The notes: generated by a model from the sequence alone, not told the origin. Shown: positions 1-7,842, counted from the first letter of the stretch. The stretch: 11,952 nt of DNA from Armatimonadia bacterium (GCA_039683575.1 JBDKRC010000287.1:1-11952), one strand, 5' to 3'. Made by a program: numbers and translations.

Positions 1-754
1 GTTGCAGCGGCTCAAGCAGAATGAGGGCGCGCTGGCGAACTTGCTTAAGGCCCAGGAGATGGACCCGCAGAGCTTCGCGGCACGCTACAATCTCGGGCTT
101 ATCTACGCCGGAGAGGGCAACCTCCAGGCTGCCGAAGCAGCATACCGGGCGGCTCTGGCGCTTCAGCCGCAGGACGCGCTTTGTCTGAACAACCTCGGGG
201 GCGTCATCTTCCGTCAAGAGCGGCCTGACGAAGCGGCGGACCTATTCCGGCAGGCGGTCGCGGCCGATGGGACACTGGCTGTGGCGGCGGTTAACCTGGC
301 GCTGGCGCTGGAGGGAGCGGGGAGGAAGGACGAGGCCCTGCGCCAGTGGCAGGCGACGGCGCAGCGGTTCCCACAGGAGCCGACGGCGCTGGCGGGGCTG
401 GGAAACGCCTATTACGAGCGCAAGGACTACAACGAGGCGTTGTCGAGCTACCTCGCGGCGTTGGAGCTTGACCGCGGCAACGCGCAGGCGCATAACAACG
501 TGGGGTTGATCTACCTGTCGCGCGGGAGCATGACGCAGGCGGTAGCCCACTTTCAGTCGGCGCTGAAGGCCAACCCGAAGTTCGCGCATGCCGCCAACAA
601 CCTTGGCGTGGCGCTGGAGCGGCAGGGCAAGGTCGACGAAGCTAAGGCGCAGTACAAGCGGGCGCTGGAGTTGGACCCGCAGTGCGTGCCGGCGCGGGAG
701 AATCTGGATCGCCTCGGGGCGGCGGGTAAGGCGCGGGAGACGGCAATCGGGTAG
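1..754 (+). CDS. Tetratricopeptide repeat (TPR) protein, probably truncated by the window's 5' edge
   Basis: About 7 tandem 34-aa repeats of the type A-x-x-N-L-G...A...Y-x-x-A-L-x-L-x-P (e.g. ARYNLGLIYAGEGNLQAAEAAYRAALALQP, AHNNVGLIYLSRGSMTQAVAHFQSALKANP). The frame is open from base 2; stop TAG at 752-754. Confidence 0.93.
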   Translation, partial: LQRLKQNEGALANLLKAQEMDPQSFAARYNLGLIYAGEGNLQAAEAAYRAALALQPQDALCLNNLGGVIFRQERPDEAADLFRQAVAADGTLAVAAVNLALALEGAGRKDEALRQWQATAQRFPQEPTALAGLGNAYYERKDYNEALSSYLAALELDRGNAQAHNNVGLIYLSRGSMTQAVAHFQSALKANPKFAHAANNLGVALERQGKVDEAKAQYKRALELDPQCVPARENLDRLGAAGKARETAIG

Positions 755-784
755 CGGCTGCGGGCACAGTGAAGGGCGAAGGCG

Positions 785-809
785 TCGGGGTCAGTGACCC
801 CCCCCACAG
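785..809 (-). repeat. REP-like palindromic repeat, copy A (singleton)
   Basis: Minus strand reads CTGTGG-GG-GGGGTC-ACT-GACCCC-GA: a GTGG head followed by a perfect 6-bp stem. It closely matches the copies at 1718-1743 and 1776-1800. Confidence 0.7.
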
Positions 810-834
810 TTGTACATCACGGGAGCGGCGGCTC

Positions 835-1704
835 ATGGTGACGGCAATTAGGACGATTGGGCTGACCGCCGCGCCGCATAAGCCGCGCGCGCTGGACCTC
901 GTCGGCCAGTTATACGGGGAGTTGCAGGTACGGGGCGTGGGATGCGTGGTGGACGAGGCCTTGCAGGGGCTTTGCGAACAGGAGTTCCGGTATGGATCCC
1001 TGGCGAAGTGTGCCGAATGCGACCTGATACTGGTGTTGGGTGGCGATGGGACGCTCCTGGCGGCGGCCCGGGAAGCGGCGCCCACGGGCACCCCGCTCCT
1101 GGGGGTGGATCTGGGCAGCTTTGGTTTCTTGTCGGCGGAAGACCCTGACTTGCTTATTGGGCACCTCGACAAGCTGCTGGCCGGCGATTTCGAGGTCGAA
1201 CGGCGCACAATGCTGACGGTGCACCTGGGGGGCGAGCAGGAAGCGCTTTGGGCGCTAAATGACGTGACGCTGGCCAAGAACGTGCATGGCCGGATGATCC
1301 GGGTACGCACGACGCTGGACGGGGACCATTTGGCGACTTACCCGGCTGACGGGCTTATCATCGCGACCTCGACGGGCTCAACCGCGTATAACCTGTCGGC
1401 CGGCGGCCCCATCATCGACTCGCGCATGGCGGCGATGGTGTTGACGCCGATTTGCCCGCACACCCTCTACTCCCGCCCACTGGTGGTTCCCGCTGAGGTG
1501 GAGATCGCGCTGTCGCTGGAGGCTACGGGCCCACACTCCATGCAGGCCGCGCTGTTGGTGGATGGGCAGGAGGCGCGGGTGGTCAAGCACGGTGAGACAG
1601 TGTTGATCCGCCGCGCGCCGCAAGACGCCAAACTCGTGCGCCTCGGTGAATCGCGTTTCTATGAGCAGTTGCGGGAGAAGCTGAGGTGGGGGGCGGAGAG
1701 GTAG
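835..1704 (+). CDS. nadK: NAD(+)/NADH kinase
   Basis: GGDGT motif, G-x-x-G-F-L, LND motif and DGLIIATSTGSTAYNLSAGGP signature. ATG 835 is preceded by GGGAG (821-825) and is preferred over GTG 769, whose extension runs through a REP copy. Adjacent to recN, a common gene order. Confidence 0.96.
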   Translation: MVTAIRTIGLTAAPHKPRALDLVGQLYGELQVRGVGCVVDEALQGLCEQEFRYGSLAKCAECDLILVLGGDGTLLAAAREAAPTGTPLLGVDLGSFGFLSAEDPDLLIGHLDKLLAGDFEVERRTMLTVHLGGEQEALWALNDVTLAKNVHGRMIRVRTTLDGDHLATYPADGLIIATSTGSTAYNLSAGGPIIDSRMAAMVLTPICPHTLYSRPLVVPAEVEIALSLEATGPHSMQAALLVDGQEARVVKHGETVLIRRAPQDAKLVRLGESRFYEQLREKLRWGAER

Positions 1705-1717
1705 ACGGGCGGAAAGC

Positions 1718-1800
1718 CTGTGGGAGGGGTATACAGACCTCGACCCTTACGTGCACGGGCTTTGCGATAGCCACTTCGGGGTCTGGAGACCCTCCCACAG
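1718..1800. repeat. REPIN-like inverted REP doublet (copy B 1718-1743, copy C 1776-1800, 32-nt spacer)
   Basis: B = CTGTGGGAGGGGTATACAGACCTCGA; reverse complement of C = CTGTGGGAGGGTCTCCAGACCCCGA (1 gap, 3 mismatches). Each has a GTGG head, 2 nt, then a GC-rich hairpin. Intergenic, starting 13 nt after the nadK stop. Confidence 0.75.
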
Positions 1801-1874
1801 ATGGTTGACGACGCTCCTGCGCCTACAGGGCAGGCTATCAAGCCTCATGTTGCACCTCCGCGGAGTGCGGCCAC

Positions 1875-3584
1875 GTGCTGATTGAACTATCCATTCGCAA
1901 CTTTGCACTGGTTGATGACCTGACCGTGGCACTACTGCCGGGCATGACCGTCGTGACCGGTGAGACTGGCGCGGGCAAGTCGATTATTATCGATGCCCTG
2001 GGCGCAGCACTGGGCGAACGCACAGGCACCGATGTCATCCGTAGTGGCGCCGACACCGCGAGCGTGGACGCAGTCTTTGAGATCGGGGACTGCCCCAAAG
2101 CCGCGGCGGCGCTGCAGGAAGCGGGGCTCGCCGACGGCGATGACGGCATCGTGGTGCTTTCCAGGCAGATTGGGGCCGGACGAAGCGCCTGCCGGGTGAA
2201 CGGCCGTCCCGTCACCGCCGCGGTCCTCCAGAGCATCAGCAAACACCTCGTTGACGTGCATGGCCAGCACGAGCATCAGACGCTCATCCATGAGGAAAAT
2301 CACCTCGAGTTCCTGGACAACTTCGGTGGTGCTGACCACCTGTCATTCCGCCGAACCTACGAGCAGGCCTATCACGAGTTCCGGGAGGCCACGGGCAAGC
2401 TGCGAAACCTGCGGGAGCGCTCGCGGGAACGCGGACAGCGGCTCGAGATGCTCCGGTACCAGGTGGAGGAGATACGCGCAGCAGAGGTGCGGGCCGAGGA
2501 AGAAGATGAACTGCAAGCCGAGCGGCAGCGCCTGAACTCGGTGGAAAAGCTGCGCGAGCTGGCCGACGAAGCTCTATCGCTGCTGTCGGGCGGAGAAGAG
2601 ACCGTAGGGGCCACGGGAGCAGTCCAGCAGGCGGCTGGGAACCTGTCCAAACTGGCCGAGATTGACAGCTCACTGGGCGCTACCGCCGAGGAGTTGACGG
2701 GGGCGGCAGCGGTGGTGAGTGAAGCAGAACACTCGCTCTACCACTATCTGGGCAGTCTGGAAAGCGATCCGCAGCGCCTGGAGGAGATCGAGGGGCGCCT
2801 TGATGCTCTCAGCAGGCTCAAAAGGAAGTATGGCGATACGCTTGCTGATGTGATATCCTATCTTCAGTCAGCGGAAGAAGAGCTAGCTGCAATTGAGGAT
2901 TTCGAGGCCGAAGAGGCGCGACTGCAAGGGATAGTACAGCAGACGCGCGAGACGGCGGTAGGGCAGGCAGAAGCTCTGACAAAGGCGCGCCGGGCGCTGG
3001 GCAAGAAGCTCGGCAAGGCGATGACAGAGCATGTGGGGCCGCTGGGAATGCCGGCGGCGCGGTTCGAGGTGGAACTGAGACCGGTGGGGGGACAGGCGGA
3101 GGGCGATGCCCCGGCAGGTCTGGGGCCTCGCGGCGGAGACGAGTGTCGGTTCCTGTTTTGCGCAAACCCGGGGGAGGACATGCGCCCCCTGGTGAAGGTT
3201 GCCTCTGGTGGCGAGCTGTCTCGCATCATGCTCGCCTTCAAGTCCCTTTGCTCCCGCGGCAGTGAGATACCCAGCATTGTCTTTGATGAAGTAGACGCTG
3301 GCATCGGCGGCCAGACCGCACACAAGGTGGGGGAGAAGCTTCGCGAGTTAGCGGCGCAGGCCCAGGTGCTGTGCGTCACCCATCTGCCGCAGATAGCCGG
3401 GCTGGCCAACAACCACCTGCATGTCGAGAAGATCGTCTCCGACGGGCGGACCAAGGTGCAGGTGCGGGCGCTGGCCGAGTCGGAGCGGGCGGAGGAACTG
3501 GCGCGCATGCTGGGGGCTGACGATGACGATACCACGGCGCGCAAGCACGCCGAGCGGGTCCTGAAACGGGGCACGCAGCGGTGA
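1875..3584 (+). CDS. recN: DNA repair protein RecN (SMC-like ATPase)
   Basis: N-terminus IELSIRNFALVD, Walker A GETGAGKS, HGQHEHQ Q-loop, long coiled coil, ASGGELSR signature, Walker B/D-loop FDEVDAGIGG and VTHLPQ H-loop. GTG start with GGAG at 1862-1865; 569 aa. Confidence 0.98.
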   Translation: MLIELSIRNFALVDDLTVALLPGMTVVTGETGAGKSIIIDALGAALGERTGTDVIRSGADTASVDAVFEIGDCPKAAAALQEAGLADGDDGIVVLSRQIGAGRSACRVNGRPVTAAVLQSISKHLVDVHGQHEHQTLIHEENHLEFLDNFGGADHLSFRRTYEQAYHEFREATGKLRNLRERSRERGQRLEMLRYQVEEIRAAEVRAEEEDELQAERQRLNSVEKLRELADEALSLLSGGEETVGATGAVQQAAGNLSKLAEIDSSLGATAEELTGAAAVVSEAEHSLYHYLGSLESDPQRLEEIEGRLDALSRLKRKYGDTLADVISYLQSAEEELAAIEDFEAEEARLQGIVQQTRETAVGQAEALTKARRALGKKLGKAMTEHVGPLGMPAARFEVELRPVGGQAEGDAPAGLGPRGGDECRFLFCANPGEDMRPLVKVASGGELSRIMLAFKSLCSRGSEIPSIVFDEVDAGIGGQTAHKVGEKLRELAAQAQVLCVTHLPQIAGLANNHLHVEKIVSDGRTKVQVRALAESERAEELARMLGADDDDTTARKHAERVLKRGTQR

Positions 3585-3630
3585 GAGAGCGCCGTCAGTC
3601 GCAATACGTGATACGGGCAAGGATACGGTT

Positions 3631-3870
3631 ATGATCAGACTCACAGTACGTGAAGACCGGTGCAAGGCCTGCGGGCTGTGCATCGGACACTGTCCGAAGA
3701 AGAATCTCAGACCAAGCGCTGCGATGAATGAGGCGGGCTATCACCCCGTTGAGCAGGTTGATCCCAAGGAGTGCACTGGCTGTGGCATCTGCGCAGTCAT
3801 GTGCCCGGACGTCTGCTTCACCATCGAGAAGGTCACGCTCGTCGGCGAGCGCAAGGAGGTGAAGCAGTGA
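3631..3870 (+). CDS. 2x[4Fe-4S] ferredoxin, delta subunit of 2-oxoacid:ferredoxin oxidoreductase (VorD/KorD-like)
   Basis: Two CxxCxxCxxxCP motifs (CKACGLCIGHCP, CTGCGICAVMCP); GYHP motif; AAGGA at 3619-3623; stop overlaps the next start (GTGA). Confidence 0.93.
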   Translation: MIRLTVREDRCKACGLCIGHCPKKNLRPSAAMNEAGYHPVEQVDPKECTGCGICAVMCPDVCFTIEKVTLVGERKEVKQ

Positions 3871-4940
3871 GCGAGCGCACTCTTATCAAGGGCAACGAGG
3901 CGGCAGCCTGGGGAGCCATCGCAGGCGGCTGCAGGCAGTTCTTTGGCTATCCCATCACCCCGCAGAATCAGATCCCGGAGTTCATGGCCGAGCACCTGAT
4001 CGAGGTCGGTGGCACTTACCTGCAAGCGGAAAGTGAACTCGCCGCCATCAACATGGTGTACGGCGCAGCGGCGACGGGCGCGCGGGTAATGACCAGTTCG
4101 TCTGGACCCGGCATCTCACTGATGCAGGAGGGCCTCTCGTACATGGTTGGGGCGCGACTGCCCTGCGTAATCATCAACATCCAGCGCGGAGGCCCGGGGC
4201 TGGGCAATATTGGCCCCTCGCAGGCCGACTATTTCATGGCCACCCGCGGGGCCGGGCACGGCGACGGCAGCGGGCTCACGTTCGCGCCATACAGTGTGCA
4301 GGAACTGCATGACTGGACCATGAAGGCCTTTGAGATCGCCGAGCGCTACCGGACGCCGGTTACTATCCTCGGCGACGGCATTCTGGGCCAGATGCAGGAG
4401 CCCTGCCGCCTGGCGCCGTGGGACAAGTCGCCCACACCACTGGGTGAACCGACAAAGCGATTTGACTGGGCAGTGGGCGGCTCTCGCAAAGGCCGGGAGC
4501 GGCGGATTATCAACTCGCTGCATATCAACCTCGACGCTCTTGAGGAAAACAACCACATCCTCTTCGATGCCTATGCCGAGGCGGCGCGCAATGAAGTGGT
4601 CTGGGACGAGTACGGGCATGAGGAGCCGGATCTGCTGCTGTGTGCCTACGGCATCTGTGCCCGGGTCTGCGAGACCGTGACTGAGTGGGCCGCTGAGAGC
4701 GGCCTCAAGCTGCGTCTCCTGCGTCCGGTTAGCTTGTACCCCTTCCCGACAGCACCGCTGCAGGAATGGGCGAGCCGGGTCAAGCGGATCGTGACTGTCG
4801 AGCTATCAATGGGCCAACTGGTCCAGGATGTGCGCCTCGCGGTCGAGGGCCGTTGCCCGGTAGACCTAGTGAGCCGCACGGGTGGCTGCTTCCTGACGCC
4901 GGAGGAAGTGCTGGAGAAGGTTAAGGAGTTGTCGCAATGA
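3867..4940 (+). CDS. vorB: 2-oxoacid:ferredoxin oxidoreductase alpha-type subunit, 2-ketoisovalerate (Vor) type (called VorB or VorA depending on nomenclature)
   Basis: KGNEA...FFGYPITPQ, QAESELAAINMVYGAAATGARVMTSSSGPGISLMQEG, RGGPGLGNIGPSQADY and VELSMGQL. GTG 3867 overlaps the delta stop, with SD AAGGAGGT at 3853-3860 (the ORF track start at 3771 is over-extended). Substrate specificity is inferred. Confidence 0.92.
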   Translation: MSERTLIKGNEAAAWGAIAGGCRQFFGYPITPQNQIPEFMAEHLIEVGGTYLQAESELAAINMVYGAAATGARVMTSSSGPGISLMQEGLSYMVGARLPCVIINIQRGGPGLGNIGPSQADYFMATRGAGHGDGSGLTFAPYSVQELHDWTMKAFEIAERYRTPVTILGDGILGQMQEPCRLAPWDKSPTPLGEPTKRFDWAVGGSRKGRERRIINSLHINLDALEENNHILFDAYAEAARNEVVWDEYGHEEPDLLLCAYGICARVCETVTEWAAESGLKLRLLRPVSLYPFPTAPLQEWASRVKRIVTVELSMGQLVQDVRLAVEGRCPVDLVSRTGGCFLTPEEVLEKVKELSQ

Positions 4941-5710
4941 GTACGACGTGTGATCCTGAAGTCAAAGTTATCTACCGCGAGCCGGAGACGCTGAGCGGTA
5001 CGAGCATGCGCTACTGCCCCGGATGCACGCACGGTATCGCGCACCGTCTGGTGGCGGAAGCTGTCGAGGAATTGGGTCTCGGAGACCGGACCATAGCCCT
5101 GGCGAGCGTGGGGTGTTCCGTATTCGCCTACGAGTACTTTGGCCTGGACTCGATCCAGGTTTCCCACGGGCGGGCACCGGCCGTGGCGACCGGGGTCAAG
5201 CGAACCCGGCCTGAAAACATCGTGTTCAGCTACCAGGGCGATGGCGACTTGGCCTCCATCGGCATGAGTGAAGTGATCCATGCCGCCGGGCGGGCTGAGA
5301 ACATCACCGTGGTGTTCATCAACAACGGCGTTTTCGGCATGACGCAGGGCCAGATGGCCCCCACCACGCTGCTGGGGATGAAGACCACAACCACGCCGCG
5401 TGGGCGTGACGCGGAGGCGAACGGGCTGCCGATGCAGATCTGCGAGCTTCTGGCGACGCTCCCGGGAGTGGCGTATCTGGCCCGCGAGACGATGATCAGC
5501 CCCAGGCACGTGCGGGCGGCCAAAAAGTCCATCAAGAAGGCTTTCGAAGCGCAGGTCGCGTGCGCGGGCTTCTCGCTGGTTGAGTTGGTCAGCACGTGTC
5601 CGACATGGTGGGGCAAGTCGCCCATGGAGGCGGCTGAGTGGCTGGAACAAGAAATGTTGCCGCAATATCCGCTGGGCGTGTTCAAGGATTGGACGGAAGG
5701 GCAGAAGTAA
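4937..5710 (+). CDS. 2-oxoacid:ferredoxin oxidoreductase beta subunit (thiamine pyrophosphate-binding)
   Basis: YCPGC, GCS and CPT cysteines that ligate the proximal [4Fe-4S] cluster; TPP motif GDGDLASIG...NNGVFGMTQGQ. ATGA overlap with alpha; SD AAGGAG at 4923-4928. Confidence 0.94.
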   Translation: MSTTCDPEVKVIYREPETLSGTSMRYCPGCTHGIAHRLVAEAVEELGLGDRTIALASVGCSVFAYEYFGLDSIQVSHGRAPAVATGVKRTRPENIVFSYQGDGDLASIGMSEVIHAAGRAENITVVFINNGVFGMTQGQMAPTTLLGMKTTTTPRGRDAEANGLPMQICELLATLPGVAYLARETMISPRHVRAAKKSIKKAFEAQVACAGFSLVELVSTCPTWWGKSPMEAAEWLEQEMLPQYPLGVFKDWTEGQK

Positions 5711-5711
5711 G

Positions 5712-6257
5712 ATGCGTAAAGAAGTGTTCATGGCCGGTACGGGCGGGCAGGGCGTCCTGCTCATCGGCCAGCTACTAACTGAAGCCGCAAGCCAGGACGG
5801 ACTCGAGGTATCGTACTTCCCCATCTACAGCGCGGAAGTTCGTGGCGGGTCAACCACCTGCACCGTGGTCATCTCCGATGACGCCGTGGGAAGTCCCATC
5901 TCGGGCCGGCCCGCAACCATGCTGCTGATGGACCAGATCTCGGTAGATGCCCACCTGTGCCGCCTGAAGGACGGCGGGCTCGCCGTGGTGAACTCCTCTT
6001 TGGTGCACACGGTGGACCGCAAGGACATCGAAGTGATCAGCATCGACGCCATGGAAAAGGCGATAGAGATCGGTAGCGAGCGAATTGGGAACATGGTGAT
6101 GCTGGGCGCGTATGTGCAGGCCGCCGAGGCCGTCAGCCTCGGGGCGCTCGAGAAGGCCCTCAAGATCGTGCTGCCGGAGCGGCATCACAAGCTGCTGCCC
6201 ATGAACATGACGGCACTGGAGGCCGGAGCTGAGCTGGCACGGCAGGCGCGGGGATAG
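5712..6257 (+). CDS. 2-oxoacid:ferredoxin oxidoreductase gamma subunit
   Basis: AGTGGQGVL, YSAEVRGG, GSP, VNSSLV and NMVMLGA motifs. ATG 5712 lies 1 nt after the beta stop (the ORF track start at 5580 is over-extended). Confidence 0.94.
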   Translation: MRKEVFMAGTGGQGVLLIGQLLTEAASQDGLEVSYFPIYSAEVRGGSTTCTVVISDDAVGSPISGRPATMLLMDQISVDAHLCRLKDGGLAVVNSSLVHTVDRKDIEVISIDAMEKAIEIGSERIGNMVMLGAYVQAAEAVSLGALEKALKIVLPERHHKLLPMNMTALEAGAELARQARG

Positions 6258-6308
6258 GGCAGAGGTCTGAGACGGTCCGTAGTACTGGATGCTGCAAAGG
6301 AGTGTGCC

Positions 6309-6941
6309 ATGCTTTCAAGGCTGGAGCAGATTGCGGAGCGGATCCGAGAGCAGTTCGACCTGCTGGATGTCGCGCGCGAGGCCGCCTACGTTGCTTCGCG
6401 ACAGGTCATCCGCGCCTCGTCTACGGTCATCAAGGGCGTCCATCGCGGCGAATTCGACGAGGCCCGCAAGGGTCTGGAAGAGACCCGCAAGCTGACCCAT
6501 GAGATGCTGGCTGCGGTCAAGGACGCGCCCGAGTTGCGCTACGGCGGGTTTGTGAGCGATGCCGAGAAAGAGTACGCCGAGGCGGCAATCGTCTTCTCGT
6601 CGATCACAGGGGAGCCGATTCCCTCGCCGGAGGAGTTGGGTATCTACCCGGCGGCGTGGCTCAACGGCCTTGCGGAGGTCGTCGGAGAGTACCGGCGGCA
6701 TGTGCAGGATATGATTCGTGAGGCCAATGATGGAGAGGCCGAGCGTTTCCTGGCTGCCATGAGCGACATCTACGAGACAATCATGAGCTTCGACTACCCG
6801 AATGCGATTTCCCTGGGCCTGCGCGGGCGTTCCGACGCTGCCCGCGGCATGGTGGAGCGCACACGGGGAGATATGACGACAGCGTTGCGTGCGAGCCGCC
6901 TGGAAGCGAAGATGCGGGAGCTGGAGGAGCGGTTGGGCTAA
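6309..6941 (+). CDS. Translin/TRAX-family protein (COG2178-like; C3PO-type RNA-binding protein or RNase)
   Basis: 210 aa with a helical pattern and translin-family motifs RE...SRQVIRAS...VHRG, KEYAEA, P-x-[19 protein letters not shown] and LR-x-x-x-D-x-x-R-x-x-VER. SD AAGGAG at 6297-6302. Recognised by eye. Confidence 0.88.
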   Translation: MLSRLEQIAERIREQFDLLDVAREAAYVASRQVIRASSTVIKGVHRGEFDEARKGLEETRKLTHEMLAAVKDAPELRYGGFVSDAEKEYAEAAIVFSSITGEPIPSPEELGIYPAAWLNGLAEVVGEYRRHVQDMIREANDGEAERFLAAMSDIYETIMSFDYPNAISLGLRGRSDAARGMVERTRGDMTTALRASRLEAKMRELEERLG

Positions 6942-6945
6942 GTAA

Positions 6946-6974
6946 GCAGGAAGTGAGACTTTTTCGCCAGAAAC
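6946..6974 (+). promoter_or_regulatory. Putative sigmaH-like promoter of the prepilin-like gene
   Basis: GCAGGA (6946-6951)-N18-GAAA (6970-6973); same architecture as the motifs at 8921-8947 and 11863-11891. Confidence 0.35.
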
Positions 6975-7060
6975 GCGAATTGACGGATGCCGGGGGGCCG
7001 GTCCAGCGTCTAACCGAGAATGAGTGTGCTTGGGCGCACCAATTCCCAGGAGGTGTTCGG

Positions 7061-7753
7061 ATGAAGCAACGTGGGTTTACACTCATTGAGTTGCTGGTGG
7101 TTATCGCGATCATTGCGATCTTGGCGGCGATTCTGTTTCCGGTTTTCGCCAAAGCCCGCGAAAAGGCCCGACAGTCCTCATGCATGAGCAACATGAAGCA
7201 ACTCGGCATCGGCCTACTGGCGTACGCTCAGGACTATGATGAGACGTTCTGCAAGATGGGCACCACAGGCAACTGGTTTGATGCCAACCTGGGTACCTTC
7301 GGTCTCAATACCACCACCAACGCCCACTACCACGACTGGGCCGTCAACATCCTGCCATACATCAAGAACATGCAGGTTTTCGTCTGCCCCAGCGCCTCAT
7401 CGACCTACCTCGGCTGTTCCTACGGGATGCCCGCCAACGGCTTCAACACCGCGGGCGCGATGGTCACCACCTTCGGCGCTGCGGTCAGGATGGGGAGCCT
7501 CGTGCGTCCCGCCGAGTCCCTGATTATCGGTGAAAAGGGCGGCGGCGGAGGAGAGCGTTATCTCCTGTCCGCCCAGTATTACTGCTGCACGGACATCCAC
7601 AACGAAGGGATGAACATCACCTTCGCCGATGGCCATGTCAAGTGGATGAAGTCCGAGTTCGGCAACATCGGTGGCACGTGGACGCCGGCCGATCCGGGTA
7701 GCAAGTACTATAGCTGCCACCCGCCGGTTTCTGTAGTCACCGGCGTACTGTAG
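7061..7753 (+). CDS. Prepilin-type N-terminal cleavage/methylation protein, DUF1559 family with H-X9-DG motif
   Basis: Class III signal [29 protein letters not shown] (Glu at +5), [35 protein letters not shown] and [16 protein letters not shown] (H-X9-DG). SD AGGAGGT at 7048-7054 supports ATG 7061. Confidence 0.93.
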   Translation: MKQRGFTLIELLVVIAIIAILAAILFPVFAKAREKARQSSCMSNMKQLGIGLLAYAQDYDETFCKMGTTGNWFDANLGTFGLNTTTNAHYHDWAVNILPYIKNMQVFVCPSASSTYLGCSYGMPANGFNTAGAMVTTFGAAVRMGSLVRPAESLIIGEKGGGGGERYLLSAQYYCCTDIHNEGMNITFADGHVKWMKSEFGNIGGTWTPADPGSKYYSCHPPVSVVTGVL

Positions 7754-7779
7754 ATCGGCGGAATACCTGACCTTACATC

Positions 7780-7819
7780 AAAAGAGCCTTCCCCGATGAC
7801 GGGGAAGGCTTTTGTGTTT
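7780..7819. terminator. Intrinsic terminator, probably bidirectional
   Basis: Perfect 11-bp stem AGCCTTCCCCG (7785-7795), loop ATGA, CGGGGAAGGCT (7800-7810). Followed by TTTGTGTTT and preceded by AAAAG; lies between convergent genes. Confidence 0.85.
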
Positions 7820-7842
7820 GTGCGAGTTCTGACGTGTCGCGG

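Noticed and set aside
769..834. Longer starts given by the ORF track (769, 3771, 5580, 6953, 8949, 9671, 11913)
   Set aside because: The extensions cross repeats, terminators, promoters or upstream genes. The downstream starts match the family N-termini and have SD sequences or translational coupling.
785..1800. REP-like copies as a CRISPR array or a composite transposon carrying nadK
   Set aside because: The copies are not regularly spaced and have mixed orientation; there is no cas or transposase gene, and nadK keeps its usual position next to recN.
1805..1810. Isolated -35-like hexamers (TTGACG at 1805 and 6980; TTGACA on the minus strand at 11916-11921)
   Set aside because: No acceptable -10 hexamer at 16-18 nt spacing.
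2780..2950. Slightly AT-richer patch inside recN
   Set aside because: The frame is intact and encodes the conserved RLKRKYG coiled-coil region; no sign of an insertion or intein.
4646..5824. 392-aa antisense ORF (also 642-1310, 2864-3604, 9923-10762 and other overlapping ORFs)
   Set aside because: These overlap well-supported genes, have no motifs and are Arg/Pro/Ser-rich; they are typical shadow ORFs of GC-rich DNA.
6262..6282. GAGGTCTGAGACGGTCCGTAG as a fourth REP copy; also resembles GGCCTGAGACGGCC at 9815-9828
   Set aside because: Lacks the CCAC end and the GGGGTC/GACCCC stem; too short and degenerate to separate from chance.
6963..6979. TTCGC-N7-GCGAA hairpin as the translin terminator
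   Set aside because: Only a 5-bp stem, with the T run on the wrong side.
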